Below, one piece after another: positions 1 through 11,371 of a stretch of DNA of 20,000 bases. Numbering within the stretch: the first letter of the stretch is position 1; the number at the start of each line of letters is the position of its first letter. The translations under genes and the position numbers were made by a program. The stretch comes from Folioceros fuciformis (taxonomy: Eukaryota), in the NCBI GenBank assembly GCA_049999805.1, contig JBNGIO010005690.1, positions 61,519 to 81,518 of the forward strand, in the 5' to 3' direction. The notes beneath the pieces were generated by a model. The model had not been told where the DNA came from, did not search any database, and saw only the letters and a list, made by a program, of their open reading frames with translations.

Positions 1-1932
1 AGAGGATGGGTGAGAAATGACGAATGGTCCAAGTGGCACCAGCCCGAGACAAGGAACCGGCTGAGAGACCTGGGACTCGTCCAGTTCGCATGGACTTCTC
101 GCCGGATATGACACTGAATGACACCACGATCCTTGGGGCCAGGGCGAATGAGAAAGATCCGGAGATCTGAAATGGCAGTGGAAGCCATCTTCACGCTGCA
201 GGCTGTTGTATCCACATGCTTGTAGGGGTCATAGTAAGGAGTGATTCCTTGCTCTAGCAGTCTTCTTCCCAATTCCTACCGCCCACAAACGAATGACACC
301 GTTATTTGGGCAGCACCTAGACTCCCTGTCAGAGTACGTCTGCCACCATAGTATACCCAAGTACCAGTGTTTCTGCATTAGGATAATTTGCTGACCTTTG
401 CTTCTTCAGAAATTTCACAGCCATCTTCAAATGCTGCATTGTCGAATCGAGTTTGACGTGGCTGCAGTGCGACAGGATGCAGACACATTGATCCCACAGC
501 AATTCTTCTTGAGCTTCTTACAGGTCAGCTTGAGGAAGTCGTGCGTTACTTGAAGGCGCCAATGTAGAAGGCTACCTGAGGTGACTGTAAGTTCTTGGTA
601 TGCTGGCTCCTAAGGCTATCAGGCAGCAATGGCGTAAGATTTGTCTTGTCCAGCTTGGGTGTCACACTGCTTGTGCCAACAGGTTCTCCTCTGCCATCCA
701 AGACAGCGCCCAGCTAAGAAACTTGATGGACTCCAGATGTTGTGAGCTTAAGTTTTTCGAGCGGCAGACTCACATTATTGTAAAATGATGCTTGAGCTAG
801 CTGCACAGTTTCAAGTAAGAGACTCATTCACTCAAGTGAAACTGTCTCACAAGACCAGACCCTCAAAAAACCGCGAGAATCCACCCACAAACTCTGTGCT
901 ACCACAATCCTACCTTCCAGCTACTGAGGCTGAGCATCCGTCTTGACCGGTACCAGGTAGCCATTCTGTAGCTTGAGCTGAGGAACACAATCGTGACCTT
1001 GGGAGTACGAAGTCGTTGCTTGCAACCGAATCTGCTACAGAAAACGAGGACGCCTAAGAACATGTTTCAATGCCTTAACTCAAGCTCTGGCAGCAGCTAC
1101 TTACTTCCGCAGAGTGATCTCTCCCGCCTTCGACGGGCTGCCAGAACTCTGATCTGTTCTAGTTGCAAAATGTTCCCAGGCTGCATGCAAGGGGTGACCT
1201 GTGAGGCACAAACACCGAATTTCACCGCCCTGTAAGAAAACCTCCAAAATCCGGAATCACCACGGTCTTCAACGTCAAGCTGCTGAGAAAATTCAAGGGC
1301 ACATCTGCAAGAATTGTCGCCTACCGGTGACTCGCAGAAACTGTCAGTGTCAAGAGACGATGAAAAATCCCCTCCGACCTCGTCGTCATCCAAGTCGTCC
1401 TTATCAAACAGTTCGTTGTCGTAATGCGTCACTGGTGATCAAGACACGGTCATCAGGCCTCTTACTGTTAGCTCGCTTCATGCTTAGCACAAGCTCTGAT
1501 GAGATCATGCGCAATTTCTAGTACCGGCTCGATGCATTTTTGTGTGATCTTGCGTGTGAGATTCCTCTTCACACGTGGAATCGACTTCGGATTCCATGTC
1601 TGTATCGGATTCCATGTCCTTCCCCGATTCCATGTCCCTCCTTACACCTGTAGCTTGATGCGACTCTGCACACCAACTGTGCACGCTTGGTGATGAATGT
1701 TTAACTTCCGACACAATCTCATGAAGGTTTTCTGTGCGTGGATGGCTTGCAGCTGTCCATCTAATGGCTCAACTGCCACATGCGTCCGAAAGGCGCAGAC
1801 AGACAGTTCCAATCTGTAAAGGCTCGTTGAATTTATGGCAGACGAAGGGAATGCGCTGCACGTACTTATCTGCTTTGTGCTTTGACTACAATTGTGTGAG
1901 CCGGTCTCGGAGGTGTACAGTAGGTGTGTCAT
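1..1932 (-). CDS. Tubby-domain (TULP-like) protein, multi-exon, 3' part outside the window; long low-complexity acidic N-terminus, no F-box seen
   Basis: ATG at 1932. GT-AG splicing joins MTHLLYTSETG...QI|KNLHEIVSEVKH...HRA|VTHYDNELFDKDDLDDDE... and later LGAVLDGRGEP...SPQ|PRQTRFDNAAFEDGCEISEEAK|ELGRRLLEQGITPYYDPYKH...AISDLRIFLIRPGPKDRGVIQCHIRRE. The last segment matches the start of the Tubby domain (plant PGPRD..IQC.IKR; animal DL..FVLRPAP.G..V.C.I.R). Exon phases between about 780 and 1040 are ambiguous. Confidence 0.65.
1590..1636. repeat. Three 18-bp-period coding repeats (GATTCCATGTC) encoding DMES x3 in the Tubby-like protein
   Basis: GATTCCATGTC at 1590, 1608 and 1626; the minus strand reads DMESGK DMESDT DMESEV. 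Confidence 0.85.
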
Positions 1933-2006
1933 GGCTCTGTTTAGGGCTTTATTTCTCTGGGGCTTTTAACGGTTTTGCTGACATTCGTGGTCGATTCACT
2001 ACGAAC

Positions 2007-2014
2007 TAGGGTTT
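2007..2014. promoter_or_regulatory. Telo-box (TAGGGTTT/AAACCCTA) in the 352-bp spacer between the divergent Tubby-like and TrmO start codons
   Basis: Exact 8-mer match. Telo-boxes are common near plant translation and RNA-modification genes; function here is inferred. Confidence 0.4.
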
Positions 2015-2284
2015 GAGTGATGTTGATCAGTAGCCTCCCTTCGCTTATGTGCTTGGTGGAGGATCAGCTGATCGATGCAAATTGGAACATACAGAAACTT
2101 GAGTACGTTGTGGCATGAATCCATCACCTCTTGTGGGGATTGTAAAACGGGGTAGCTGATACTCGCTGGTCGTGTGTGGCTGTTTGCCGTAGGTGAGGTG
2201 TGCCGTGATCTGTGGTCCGATGTTTTGCGCTAGAACTGTAAGGTACAGAAATTTACCTGCTTCTGAGACGTGGGATTATCAGTC

Positions 2285-4431
2285 ATGAATTCGTCTCGAT
2301 CAGTTGTGGTTCCCTTGGTGGCTACTGTTGCTGCCGCAGCAGCTACAGTTGCAGGTGGTTTTCTTTTAGACCAATTGGTTTTGTTGTTCATGAGGGTTGG
2401 TATACACAGGAGGAGCCTGAAATAATTCTGTGCATTTGTAACCTGGGAATCTGGCTTTGCAGCTTACACATCGATAAGATTGAGATTTTTACGGATGAAG
2501 ATTGCACATCTTGAGGCTGCATTAGAACAGGCCCAGGAGCAGCGTGCTGCAGAACGTACAGGCCGTATACGAGCTCAGCGTGTAATAATATTTCTTCGCA
2601 TTATGATGGATGCAATGGCGTGCAGCTTCTCGTCCTTGATTGAACTGAAGATCCTTGTTGCAGGAGCTGAGGAAGTCATTGGTTAACAAAGACATGGGGA
2701 GTCCGGGTGATGCTGCATATCCAATGACTCCGATTGGTATTATCCGGTCCTGCTTTAGTACGAGGTACTACTTTCTGTGCCTGAGCTGGTCAAGCACATG
2801 GACGGCTGCCAGTCACTTCGTTCCTGATTTTCTCATCTTTTTTCTGCAAAATTGCAGAAATGGTACTCCTCGACAGCCACTACTTGTTCCACTTGCCAAA
2901 GCACACCTTGTTCTCACTCCCGGTGGAGTTCCTCATGAGGCTCTTGAGGGGCTTGCCCTGTATTCGCATTGCTGGGTGCTTTACGTTTTCCATGAAAATA
3001 CAGACCTACCACGTTTATGGAACAAACCAGCACATCGAGACTTCAGATCAAAGGTACGTTGATTGCAGTCGTTTGCCATCATTTCCTGCAGGAGCAGTGC
3101 TGTTCTCCTAGGAGGACATTAAGTCATATACCTGTTTCTAGGTCTTCTTAATGGATGTCAATCTCAGATTCTATGACGTAGGTACGTGTGCCCAGACTTG
3201 ACGGTGGCAAAATGGGAGTCTTTGCAACACGAACCCCACATCGGCCCTGTCCTATTGGACTGTCTGTTGCTAAGGTATGCGCTTCGAATTACCCTTTGGA
3301 CAACAGTGTTGGGCAGATTAGTCTTGTTGGGCTCCATGGACCGTTCTAACAAGGTCCACAGGTGGAATCGATAAATGGGGGGACTCTTGTACTTTCTGGC
3401 GTTGACCTGGTTGATGGCACGGTATGAGCCCTTTGTTATCCAAATGCGAAGGTATATATAGGTCTGATCAACAGCTAACGCATGCTAGACTTGATTTCCT
3501 CTTGGTTGAACAGCCAGTTCTTGACTTGAAGCCATATCTGCCCTACTGTGACTCTATACCAGGAGCAGGGACACCAGCATGGGTGAAGGTACGGACCGTG
3601 TTGTCTGATGTTGCCGTGCGTCTATGTTGTGGTGGGATATTCGCTATCACTCGTGGCAGGCTATGACTAACTATACTGAACCTCCGTGGTTGCAAGGCTG
3701 GTGACTCGGATGACGTGCTGGCCATATCGACTGTGAAATTTACTGACCATTTCAAAACGGAGTTGTTGAATTGCTGGGAAATGATGGTATACTGTTCTCA
3801 CCTCGAGTGGTGGTTATGAAGTGCAAGTCATCGTCTAATTCCAGCATCGCAGTGAAGCAGGGTCTGCATTGCGCCTAACTTTGGGCCACGGAAATCCGAA
3901 TCGGCTGGTTGTTTGTGCCGACTCTTGCAGGGAAAGCAGTCCCTCTACGACAGTCCAAACGAGTTTCAGCTCCTTCTGGAGCAAGTCCTCTCTAGAGACA
4001 TACGGTCGTTGAGTCAGCGACAGAGGCCTCACAACGCAGTCCTCAACCATCTGATTGATTCAACCTTAGCATCCTCGGATACAGATGATACCTTGACCTG
4101 TTTCTATCGCCCATCATTCACATCTGAACCTTCTGACGTTACAAGAAGAAGAACATCGGAAGGCGAGTTTGGGTTTTTCCGTGCGGCAGAAGGTAATGCG
4201 ATGCTTTCTACATCAGGGCTACTCCCGAACACCAAAAGCCATGGTAAAGACTTGATCAGCAAGAGTAAGGAGAGCCCTCCCTCAAGTGGCTCAGGAACTA
4301 CTGATTCCGCCCTCGCAGCCGTGCCTGCAGAGGTGGTTTACCATCTCATCCTTGAGGGCATCAGCATTGCATACAGCGTGAACTTGGGTGAAGTCTTAGT
4401 CACTGGCGCTGCACTGCCACCCAGAAGGTAG
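2285..4431 (+). CDS. TRMO: tRNA (adenine37-N6)-methyltransferase TrmO / TsaA (YaeB family), 9 exons
   Basis: Exons 2285-2354, 2463-2581, 2664-2764, 2858-3053, 3182-3274, 3362-3421, 3514-3588, 3697-3786, 3931-4431 join in frame. Family motifs: PIGIIRSCFSTRNGTPRQP, LEGL..YSHCWVLYVFHEN, KVRVPRLDGGKMGVFATRTPHRPCPIGLS, LSGVDLVDGTPVLDLKPY, QVLSRDIRS. Confidence 0.9.
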
Positions 4432-4919
4432 GTGCATAGCGATTTCCTGTACAATGCCCATCACTTCGGTTGGGAAGGTCTTATTTGTGGTCCAGCCTGG
4501 ATCCGCCACCAACTGGAATGTGCAAGCTTTCCCTTACATTTGTGAGGCCTTTTTCTAATTCCAGGTACTGAATCTTATTGGCTGTTGCCTATTGGCCTTT
4601 GGCTCACTGTACCAGACAACGAGGTCATCCACGCGTGGAACCATGAGGGATCGGACGTCAGGATTTTCAAACCAGGATGGTGAAACCCAAAAACCGACAA
4701 ACCAACAGCGGTTTCGCTCTGGAGCACATGCTAGGCAGGCTATTTCCCGACGCGTTTCTCTTTCGCGCCTTCGTGGGGTGCTTCCCCTTGCCTCGCCTGA
4801 CGTCCATTGCTGCCATCCTTGCTTCCCGTTCTCCGTCGTTTTTGCATTGCGCCTGCAGCTTCGTGTCTGCCTTGATCCTGTGAAGAAAGGCGCTTGTGGA
4901 CGCGGACACATGTTGCTGG

Positions 4920-5203
4920 GTACGTCTGCGATCTTGGATCTGGAGCTCTAAGTGCTCCACCGACTCTGCCTGCGTGTTGGAGTCTCGTGCGGGCGCTGGT
5001 ACTCCCTCCACTTCCCAGTTTTCAATTACCAAGTCCCATGATGGGCAAACAATCCAAGGAGACTACATTAGACTCTTCGATGTTGGCGCTTCTTTTCTTT
5101 CCTTTCTTGATTGTGCTATGTAGGGCTTCAACGTCGTACCTGCAAACGGCAGGGCCCTCCTCTAGCTGACTGGTTTTTGCCCCTTCACCTCCTCTCACTG
5201 TAG
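4920..5203 (+). other. Probable 5'-UTR intron of the KCS gene
   Basis: Donor G|GTACGT at 4920, branch-like GCTGAC at 5165, pyrimidine tract and TGTAG acceptor ending at 5203, 45 nt upstream of the ATG. Confidence 0.6.
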
Positions 5204-5248
5204 GTTGTGTGATTACAGAAGGGAAGTAGTGTAGGGCCTGCTTCGGCG

Positions 5249-6802
5249 ATGGGCTCGCTGGGTGAGTACACGCAGCTGGATGATGGGGTTGCTGTCCAGA
5301 TTCGCAACCGGAGACGACTGCCAGATTTTCTCCAATCCGTGAATCTGAAATATGTGAAGCTGGGGTATCATTACCTCATCACGCATCTGCTGACGCTGCT
5401 ATTTATTCCACTCCTTCTGGGAGTGGGGCTGGAGATTGCTCGGATGGGTTGGGACGAGATCTGGCAGCTTTGGGTGAACCTGCAATTCAATTTGGTCAGT
5501 GTGTTGGCCTGCTCTGCGTTGCTGGTATTTGGGGGAACCATGTACTTCATGTCCAGGCCCAGGCCTGTCTATCTGGTGGACTACTCCTGCTACTTGCCTC
5601 CGGATGAGCTGAAGGTGCCATTCAGTCTGTTCATCGAGAGGTCCAAGCTGGTTGGGGCGTTTGATGATAATTCCCTGGAGTTCCAAAGGAAGATCTTGGA
5701 GCGGTCGGGGTTGAGTGAGGAGACTTACCTTCCTCCTGGTTTGTTGAGTGTGCCTGTCGACATCAGCATGAGCAGGGCTCGTGAAGAAGCGGAGACTGTC
5801 ATGTTTGGGGCCCTTGATGAGCTGTTTTCCAAGACTAAGGTGACTCCCAAGGACATCGGGGTGCTGGTGGTGAACTGTAGTTTGTTCAATCCCACCCCGT
5901 CCCTATCAGCCATGATTGTGAACAAGTATAAGATGAGGGGCAACATCAGGAGTTACAACCTCGGTGGGATGGGATGCAGTGCCAATGTGATCTCTGTCGA
6001 TCTTGCCAAAGACATGCTGCAGGTTCATGGGGGTACTTATGCTATTGTGGTCAGCACGGAGAATATCACCCAAAACTGGTACTTCGGAAACGATCGATCT
6101 ATGCTCTTGCCCAACTGTCTCTTCCGGGTGGGTGGGGTTGCCATTCTGCTGTCCAATCAGAGACGGGATTGGCGACGAGCCAAATATCAGCTGGTCCACA
6201 CCGTCCGAACTCACAAGGGTTCGGACGATAAGTGCTTCCGCTGTGTTTACCAGATGCAGGACGAGAAAGATAAGCTGGGCGTGTCTCTGTCCAAGGACCT
6301 GATGGCCATTGCTGGTGACGCTCTGAAAACCAACATCACAATCCTGGGCCCACTTGTTCTGCCCCTGTCAGAACAGCTTCTCTTCTTCGCAGTCCTGGTG
6401 GGCAGGAAGGTATTCAACATGAAAATCAAGCCATATATCCCCGACTTCAAGCTTGCTTTCGAGCACTTCTGCATCCACGCTGGTGGGCGAGCGGTCATCG
6501 ATGAGCTACAGAAGAACTTACACCTGTCCAAGGAACATGTGGAGCCCTCCAGGATGACCTTGTACAGGTTCGGGAATACCTCCTCCTCCTCCATCTGGTA
6601 CGAGCTGGCCTACTCAGAAGCCAAAGGCAGGGTCCGCAAGGGTGATAGGGTGTGGCAGATAGCTTTTGGCAGCGGGTTCAAGTGCAACAGTGCTGTCTGG
6701 CGCGCTCTCCGCACCATCAAGCCCCCGAAGCTCTCCCCGTGGTCACACTGCATCGACAGGTTCCCCGTCGACGTCCCCGACGTGAACCACATAGCTAGAT
6801 GA
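5249..6802 (+). CDS. KCS: 3-ketoacyl-CoA synthase (FAE1/KCS family very-long-chain fatty acid condensing enzyme), 517 aa, intronless CDS
   Basis: [21 protein letters not shown] followed by two hydrophobic transmembrane stretches; [17 protein letters not shown]; catalytic C243 (GMGCSA), H410 ([12 protein letters not shown]), N443 ([13 protein letters not shown]); [16 protein letters not shown]. Confidence 0.97.
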   Translation: MGSLGEYTQLDDGVAVQIRNRRRLPDFLQSVNLKYVKLGYHYLITHLLTLLFIPLLLGVGLEIARMGWDEIWQLWVNLQFNLVSVLACSALLVFGGTMYFMSRPRPVYLVDYSCYLPPDELKVPFSLFIERSKLVGAFDDNSLEFQRKILERSGLSEETYLPPGLLSVPVDISMSRAREEAETVMFGALDELFSKTKVTPKDIGVLVVNCSLFNPTPSLSAMIVNKYKMRGNIRSYNLGGMGCSANVISVDLAKDMLQVHGGTYAIVVSTENITQNWYFGNDRSMLLPNCLFRVGGVAILLSNQRRDWRRAKYQLVHTVRTHKGSDDKCFRCVYQMQDEKDKLGVSLSKDLMAIAGDALKTNITILGPLVLPLSEQLLFFAVLVGRKVFNMKIKPYIPDFKLAFEHFCIHAGGRAVIDELQKNLHLSKEHVEPSRMTLYRFGNTSSSSIWYELAYSEAKGRVRKGDRVWQIAFGSGFKCNSAVWRALRTIKPPKLSPWSHCIDRFPVDVPDVNHIAR

Positions 6803-7273
6803 GGTGCTGCAGAGAAATTTCTGCACGATTGCTGACCAATTGTTTGTAGAATTGGAAACTGTCCGCTGATGGTTGTCATGTGGCCCGCTCACACATGCGC
6901 AATCCGGTGGGTTTGTCTTCTTGTCGGTCTTCACCGAGAATTTTGTCCAGCACTGTACACCTCGTCGTATGCAGTCTGTATTCCAAGTTTAATAAGAAAT
7001 GAGACTACTTGTCTCACCTTGTTTGAAACTCAGATACGTATGGAGATGGAAATCATTTTTGCCGTCATTAACGACGTCATATCACTCACATGGTTGGGAG
7101 CGGAAACCGGGGGTACATGCCCTAAATGTGTTCGTTAGCATGTGACACGGATGTTCGGTCCCTAAGGACGCTGGCTAGCGGAAATTGGTGGTCTCGGTCT
7201 CTGGTCACTCTGGGCACGCGATTGTCACTGTCGGCGGGGGATCCTGTAGCGTGTGTGCCTTGATCGCGCAGAG

Positions 7274-8026
7274 ATGGCCCAGGCGCTGGCCAAGGCGTTC
7301 GAGCCTATGTGGCTCTGGGCTGCCAAGCGCTACCAGGCAGCCGTGGCCAACAGGCTCAAGAAGTACGGTATGTCTTCTTGGCTTGCTGATTTTGTGATGT
7401 CGTGGAGGATTGTTGGAGCTTCATTTTGTGTTTAGGGCAGAGCAGATCGGGGAAGCAATCTAACGGAGTTGCTTGGTTGCTATCGTGTCTATGTGCTGTA
7501 TTGTTTGTGGCGTGGCAATGAAGGTCTGCGGTACGATGATTTGTATGACCCGCTGTACGATGTGGATGTGGAGGAGGCGTTGAGTCGGTTGCCTCAAGAG
7601 GAGCTGGATTTGCGTAATCAGCGCCTGAAGCGTGCGACTGATCTGTCTATGAAGCACATCTACTTGCCGAAAGATCTTCAGGTCAGTGGTTGTTTGTGCT
7701 GGTTCAGCTGAAACTGTGTGGTGGAATTTCCGGAGTCTGCTGCCATCTCCGTGAAAGACACCTAACTGGTCATGCGTGCTCTGGTGTTGCTGAATGACGT
7801 AGGGTTTCGTTTATGTGTATTGATTGCAGGCCAAGCAGACTCCCTTTGCCTTTTACGCTCGCGATTCGATTGCTCAGGTGAGGATCACTCCGCATATGGC
7901 TGGCAGTGCTTGGCTTGGAAATTGCAATTGGTGTAAGTCTTTGCGTCGTTTCTGCAGGTGAAGGCAGAGAGAGCGGAACGCGAACAGCTGGGCACGGAGA
8001 CACCTTACTCTCGACAGATTCCTTGA
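7274..8026 (+). CDS. QCR7: Cytochrome b-c1 complex subunit 7 (UQCRB/QCR7), 4 exons, 122 aa
   Basis: Exons 7274-7367, 7524-7681, 7830-7877, 7958-8026 total 369 nt in frame: MAQALAKAF...RLKKYGLRYDDLYDPLYDVDVEEALSRLPQEELDLRNQRLKRATDLSMKHIYLPKDLQAKQTPF...VKAERAEREQLG...YSRQIP*. Confidence 0.95.
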
Positions 8027-8636
8027 TAGCACCCGTTTTTTCAAATTCTTTGATTCAAGCTAAAGGTTCGGCTTCAGCAAATAAGCTCTTGAGTCACACA
8101 GATTGTTGTTTACGAATACAGGACTGTGAAATCACGATATTATGCGACTATGAGACGCAATGCCATAGTAAAACAGCATTCTTTCCATCCATTTGACCTG
8201 TTAGTTAGTAGAGAGCGATCAAAAGTTTTGAGAAAACTAAGCTGCTTGACTAAGCAATTTGACCTGCACTTGCTGCTCTCTAAACCATGTTATAACTTTT
8301 GTTAATTATGTTTGAGAGAACTCGTACTTGTTTCGTAAGTCTTTTGGAGCACGTCACCAGGCCTACCTAAAGGCTCCTCACCTAGAGCATACTCACAAGT
8401 TGAGGATATTGATTTTTCGTCACTGATAAAACTCTTAACTTTCTATCAACATAAAGCCTTCAATTAAGGATAGTATTTCAAACAAACGGATTACGGCCGG
8501 AACGAACAATGTTTTCAAAATGTCTTCAGTCAAAACACAAGTATGTACAAGAAGAATGGACCCAGCGAACCCGACATCTAGACAACAGATACCCTGTCTG
8601 AAAGCTAATCAGATTGCCTGTGACCAGGTAGAGCAG

Positions 8637-11371
8637 TCACTTCACTGCATCAGTGAACATAGCACGCATCCAGTGCTCCACGTCATCTGCTTGTGATGGA
8701 GGTGGAGGCCACTCCGGTCGCTCAACCATATCCCATCCATCAAACAAGGTTTCTGCTACCTTCTGCATCACGTCGGTTAAGGCAGAAGAATCTGCCACGT
8801 AGTAGTAGGAGCCTGTCACCGTTGATCTTGGGCTCTTCTGCAGACACTACCAAGAAGACAAGCCAGAAGTTACTCTAGATTTCCACGGGAAGGACATGGA
8901 CAGCAGGAGAACCCACCAACAGAAGATAAAAATCATTCCCATTGCTCATCACATGTCACCTCTGCTTGCTCTGTTGCCTTGTTCATCTCTGAAGGCCGAG
9001 CGGGATCCAAAACAGGCTCTCTGCAGCTGCTGCTCACGGAATGCTGAGAACCGCCCGGAGATCTGAAGTTGCTTAGGATCACACTTCGCAAGTTAATATA
9101 CACACATCTATTCCCACCGCTAAAACTAGTGCCTTGACTAGAGCATTCTGGACTGTAAGATCAGGTAACGAGGAATTCCCCTGGAGTAGTGTAAAGTGGT
9201 GTATAACCTACCTGATCCTTGGTTGTTTTGTTGTCAGTACCGTCAAAAGCTCAAAGAAGGCCCCAAAGGTTGAAGAGTCTGAAGGGGCAGGTAAAGAAAC
9301 AGACACATGGAGATATGACAATAAACATGCCATGCTTCTTTTCAATGTCTGTAAGCCTTGCCGTAAATCTCTGTCATACTCGCTAAATGTGGAGTTCCCA
9401 CCATGCGTTGGAAGTGGAGCACCTGAATCAGCAGACAGCCTGCTTACGGCAGAGAATCCTAGATCCCGAGCGCTCTCCCTGACAGAATCCATGCTCGGCT
9501 TGTCCACAGCAGAGAATCCTAACAGGCGCATACTTTCGCTGTCCACAGATCTTGTGTTCTGATTGTTCGCATCTCTAGTACCAAATGGAACGAACAAAGT
9601 GTATTCTTCACTGCAGACAGGCGTCAAACCCCTCTCAATACAGACAAATCTGAACATCATACAAAATAAAAGAACATAGATAATCATCCAATACAAGGTT
9701 AGTGCCCCAACAGCCAATTGAACGATTGGTTACCTTCGAGAAGTTGGCCGTGCATCCCAATAAGAAGCTCTCTGCCAGACCCGTGAAGATGAGGCCTGGT
9801 CATTTTAATACGATGTCAGATACACCAAACTGTTTCTAGCCATATGGCTCACAGAGATTTAACACCTTACAGACCTCACTGCAGCACAATTGAAAATGAT
9901 GGACTAACCGCATATCCAGCACTGTGCAGAAGAGGTGCAGACAAGTACCGAGCAGCAAGATTCAGTAGCTGCACTACGTACCTGCCAAGCCGATCACTAA
10001 GTAAGTCCGCACCCACATGATAACATCATGCAGAAACAAAATACGTCGCTGCAAAGTATGATATCCACGTGATTACAGAGAGACGACCGTACCCTAATGA
10101 GGCAGCAAGCTCAGCTGGTGGAACAGAGTGAGGATCATCTTCATGAGGCAGACGGACGGAGCAAATCTGAAGAGCTGTAAATTCATCACGTTTTCCTCGC
10201 CCATCAGAACCACCCTGGAATACAACAGGTCGTCGATGACACAGCCCACCATTATTACAGCTTGCCTCTCAGCTTGCCTCCTCAGTGTCCTCCTTAGATT
10301 GAATCAGAAACTTTAAAGAACCAAAGGAAAATCCAACTAGCAGGTTTCAGAACTGACTTGAGGCTGAAACGGTAAGGCCTTGCAAAGCAGCCTGATGACA
10401 AACCTCCATCTCTTGAGGAGCTCATTCATAGCTACCGTCTGCTGCCGAGACACACATAAGCTTCTCCAAAAATATACAAATAGAAAATGGCTGGGAATCT
10501 GACAACAGCAGGGATCAGGATATTACTAATTCAGGAGACTCTGCAGGGGTCGGCTCCGAGCGATTCTGTCCCAGCTGTTCCATCCGCTTAGCAAGAAGCT
10601 GGGCAAGATTGACAGCAGACTGTTATGTTAACTTATGCTTAGGGCTTCAACAATCGGTCTCAAGCTACGACCACCTTTACCGTCTTAGATGCTTCACTCA
10701 GTATCTCTGTGCGAGAAGTTAACTCACTCTTCTTCATCCGCAACGTGTTTTTCACTGTCGAAAGCATGAAAAATCGCCCGTCAATGCCAAGGCAGAACTG
10801 AATCGAGCACCATATCCTTTTTCAGACCACCGAACCGTGAACAAAACGAAACCATTACCACACCTTCCGGCAGATTATTGTTCAAAATCTCAAGCCGCTT
10901 CACAAGCTCTGCCTTACGCTCGTTATGCTCCACCCGCCAGCGACGCTGCCTGTCTGCTTCGCTCTGGCCACCATCAAAAACACTAGTTCAGACCAAACAC
11001 CTCCTCCCGAACGCAGCTATCCAACACCGGCCTTCAAACTCCCCAACGCTAAGAATTGCAAAATTCGCGCCCGACAACCTTGTTCCCCAGCTCAGCATTG
11101 AGAATCCCCTTCAGAGCGTCCTGCGTCCTGCGCAACTGCCTCAGTTCCTCGTACCGTTCCACCAGACTGGCAATCCACACAAACACCAAACACACAGAAT
11201 CAGAAATCCAGGGTCACGCTACATCCACCAGAACCGGAAATCCAAACTGACGCCTTGCTGCTGGAAGGAAGCCAAATTCGCAGCACGGCACCGGGAATTG
11301 ACGCAAGCCACACACTCGGAGGGCTGGTTCACGATCTCGCACACCCCGCAGGTCCAGCCTCGCCTCGCCAT
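8637..11371 (-). CDS. ATG14: Autophagy-related protein 14 (class III PI3K complex I subunit), 12 exons
   Basis: The start is ATG 11371, not the listed ORF at 11420. It reads MARRGWTCGVCEIVNQPSECVACVNSR (CxxC...CxxC), then a coiled coil, ICSVRLPHEDDPHSVPPAELAASLGYVVQLLNL, SRVWQRASYWDARP, EEYTLFVP, RDLRQGLQTLKRSMACL, STFGAFFELL, and C-terminal DGWDMVERPEWPPPPSQADDVEHWMRAMFTDAVK*. These match plant ATG14. All 11 introns are GT-AG and phase-consistent. Confidence 0.92.

Noticed and set aside
4555..5169. Several overlapping 70-120-aa ORFs between TrmO and KCS
   Set aside because: No family motifs; the region is better explained as KCS promoter, leader exon and intron.
10813..10821. ATATCCTTT, a U12 (AT-AC) 5' splice-site consensus
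   Set aside because: It is on the plus strand, whereas ATG14 is on the minus strand and its introns resolve as GT-AG.
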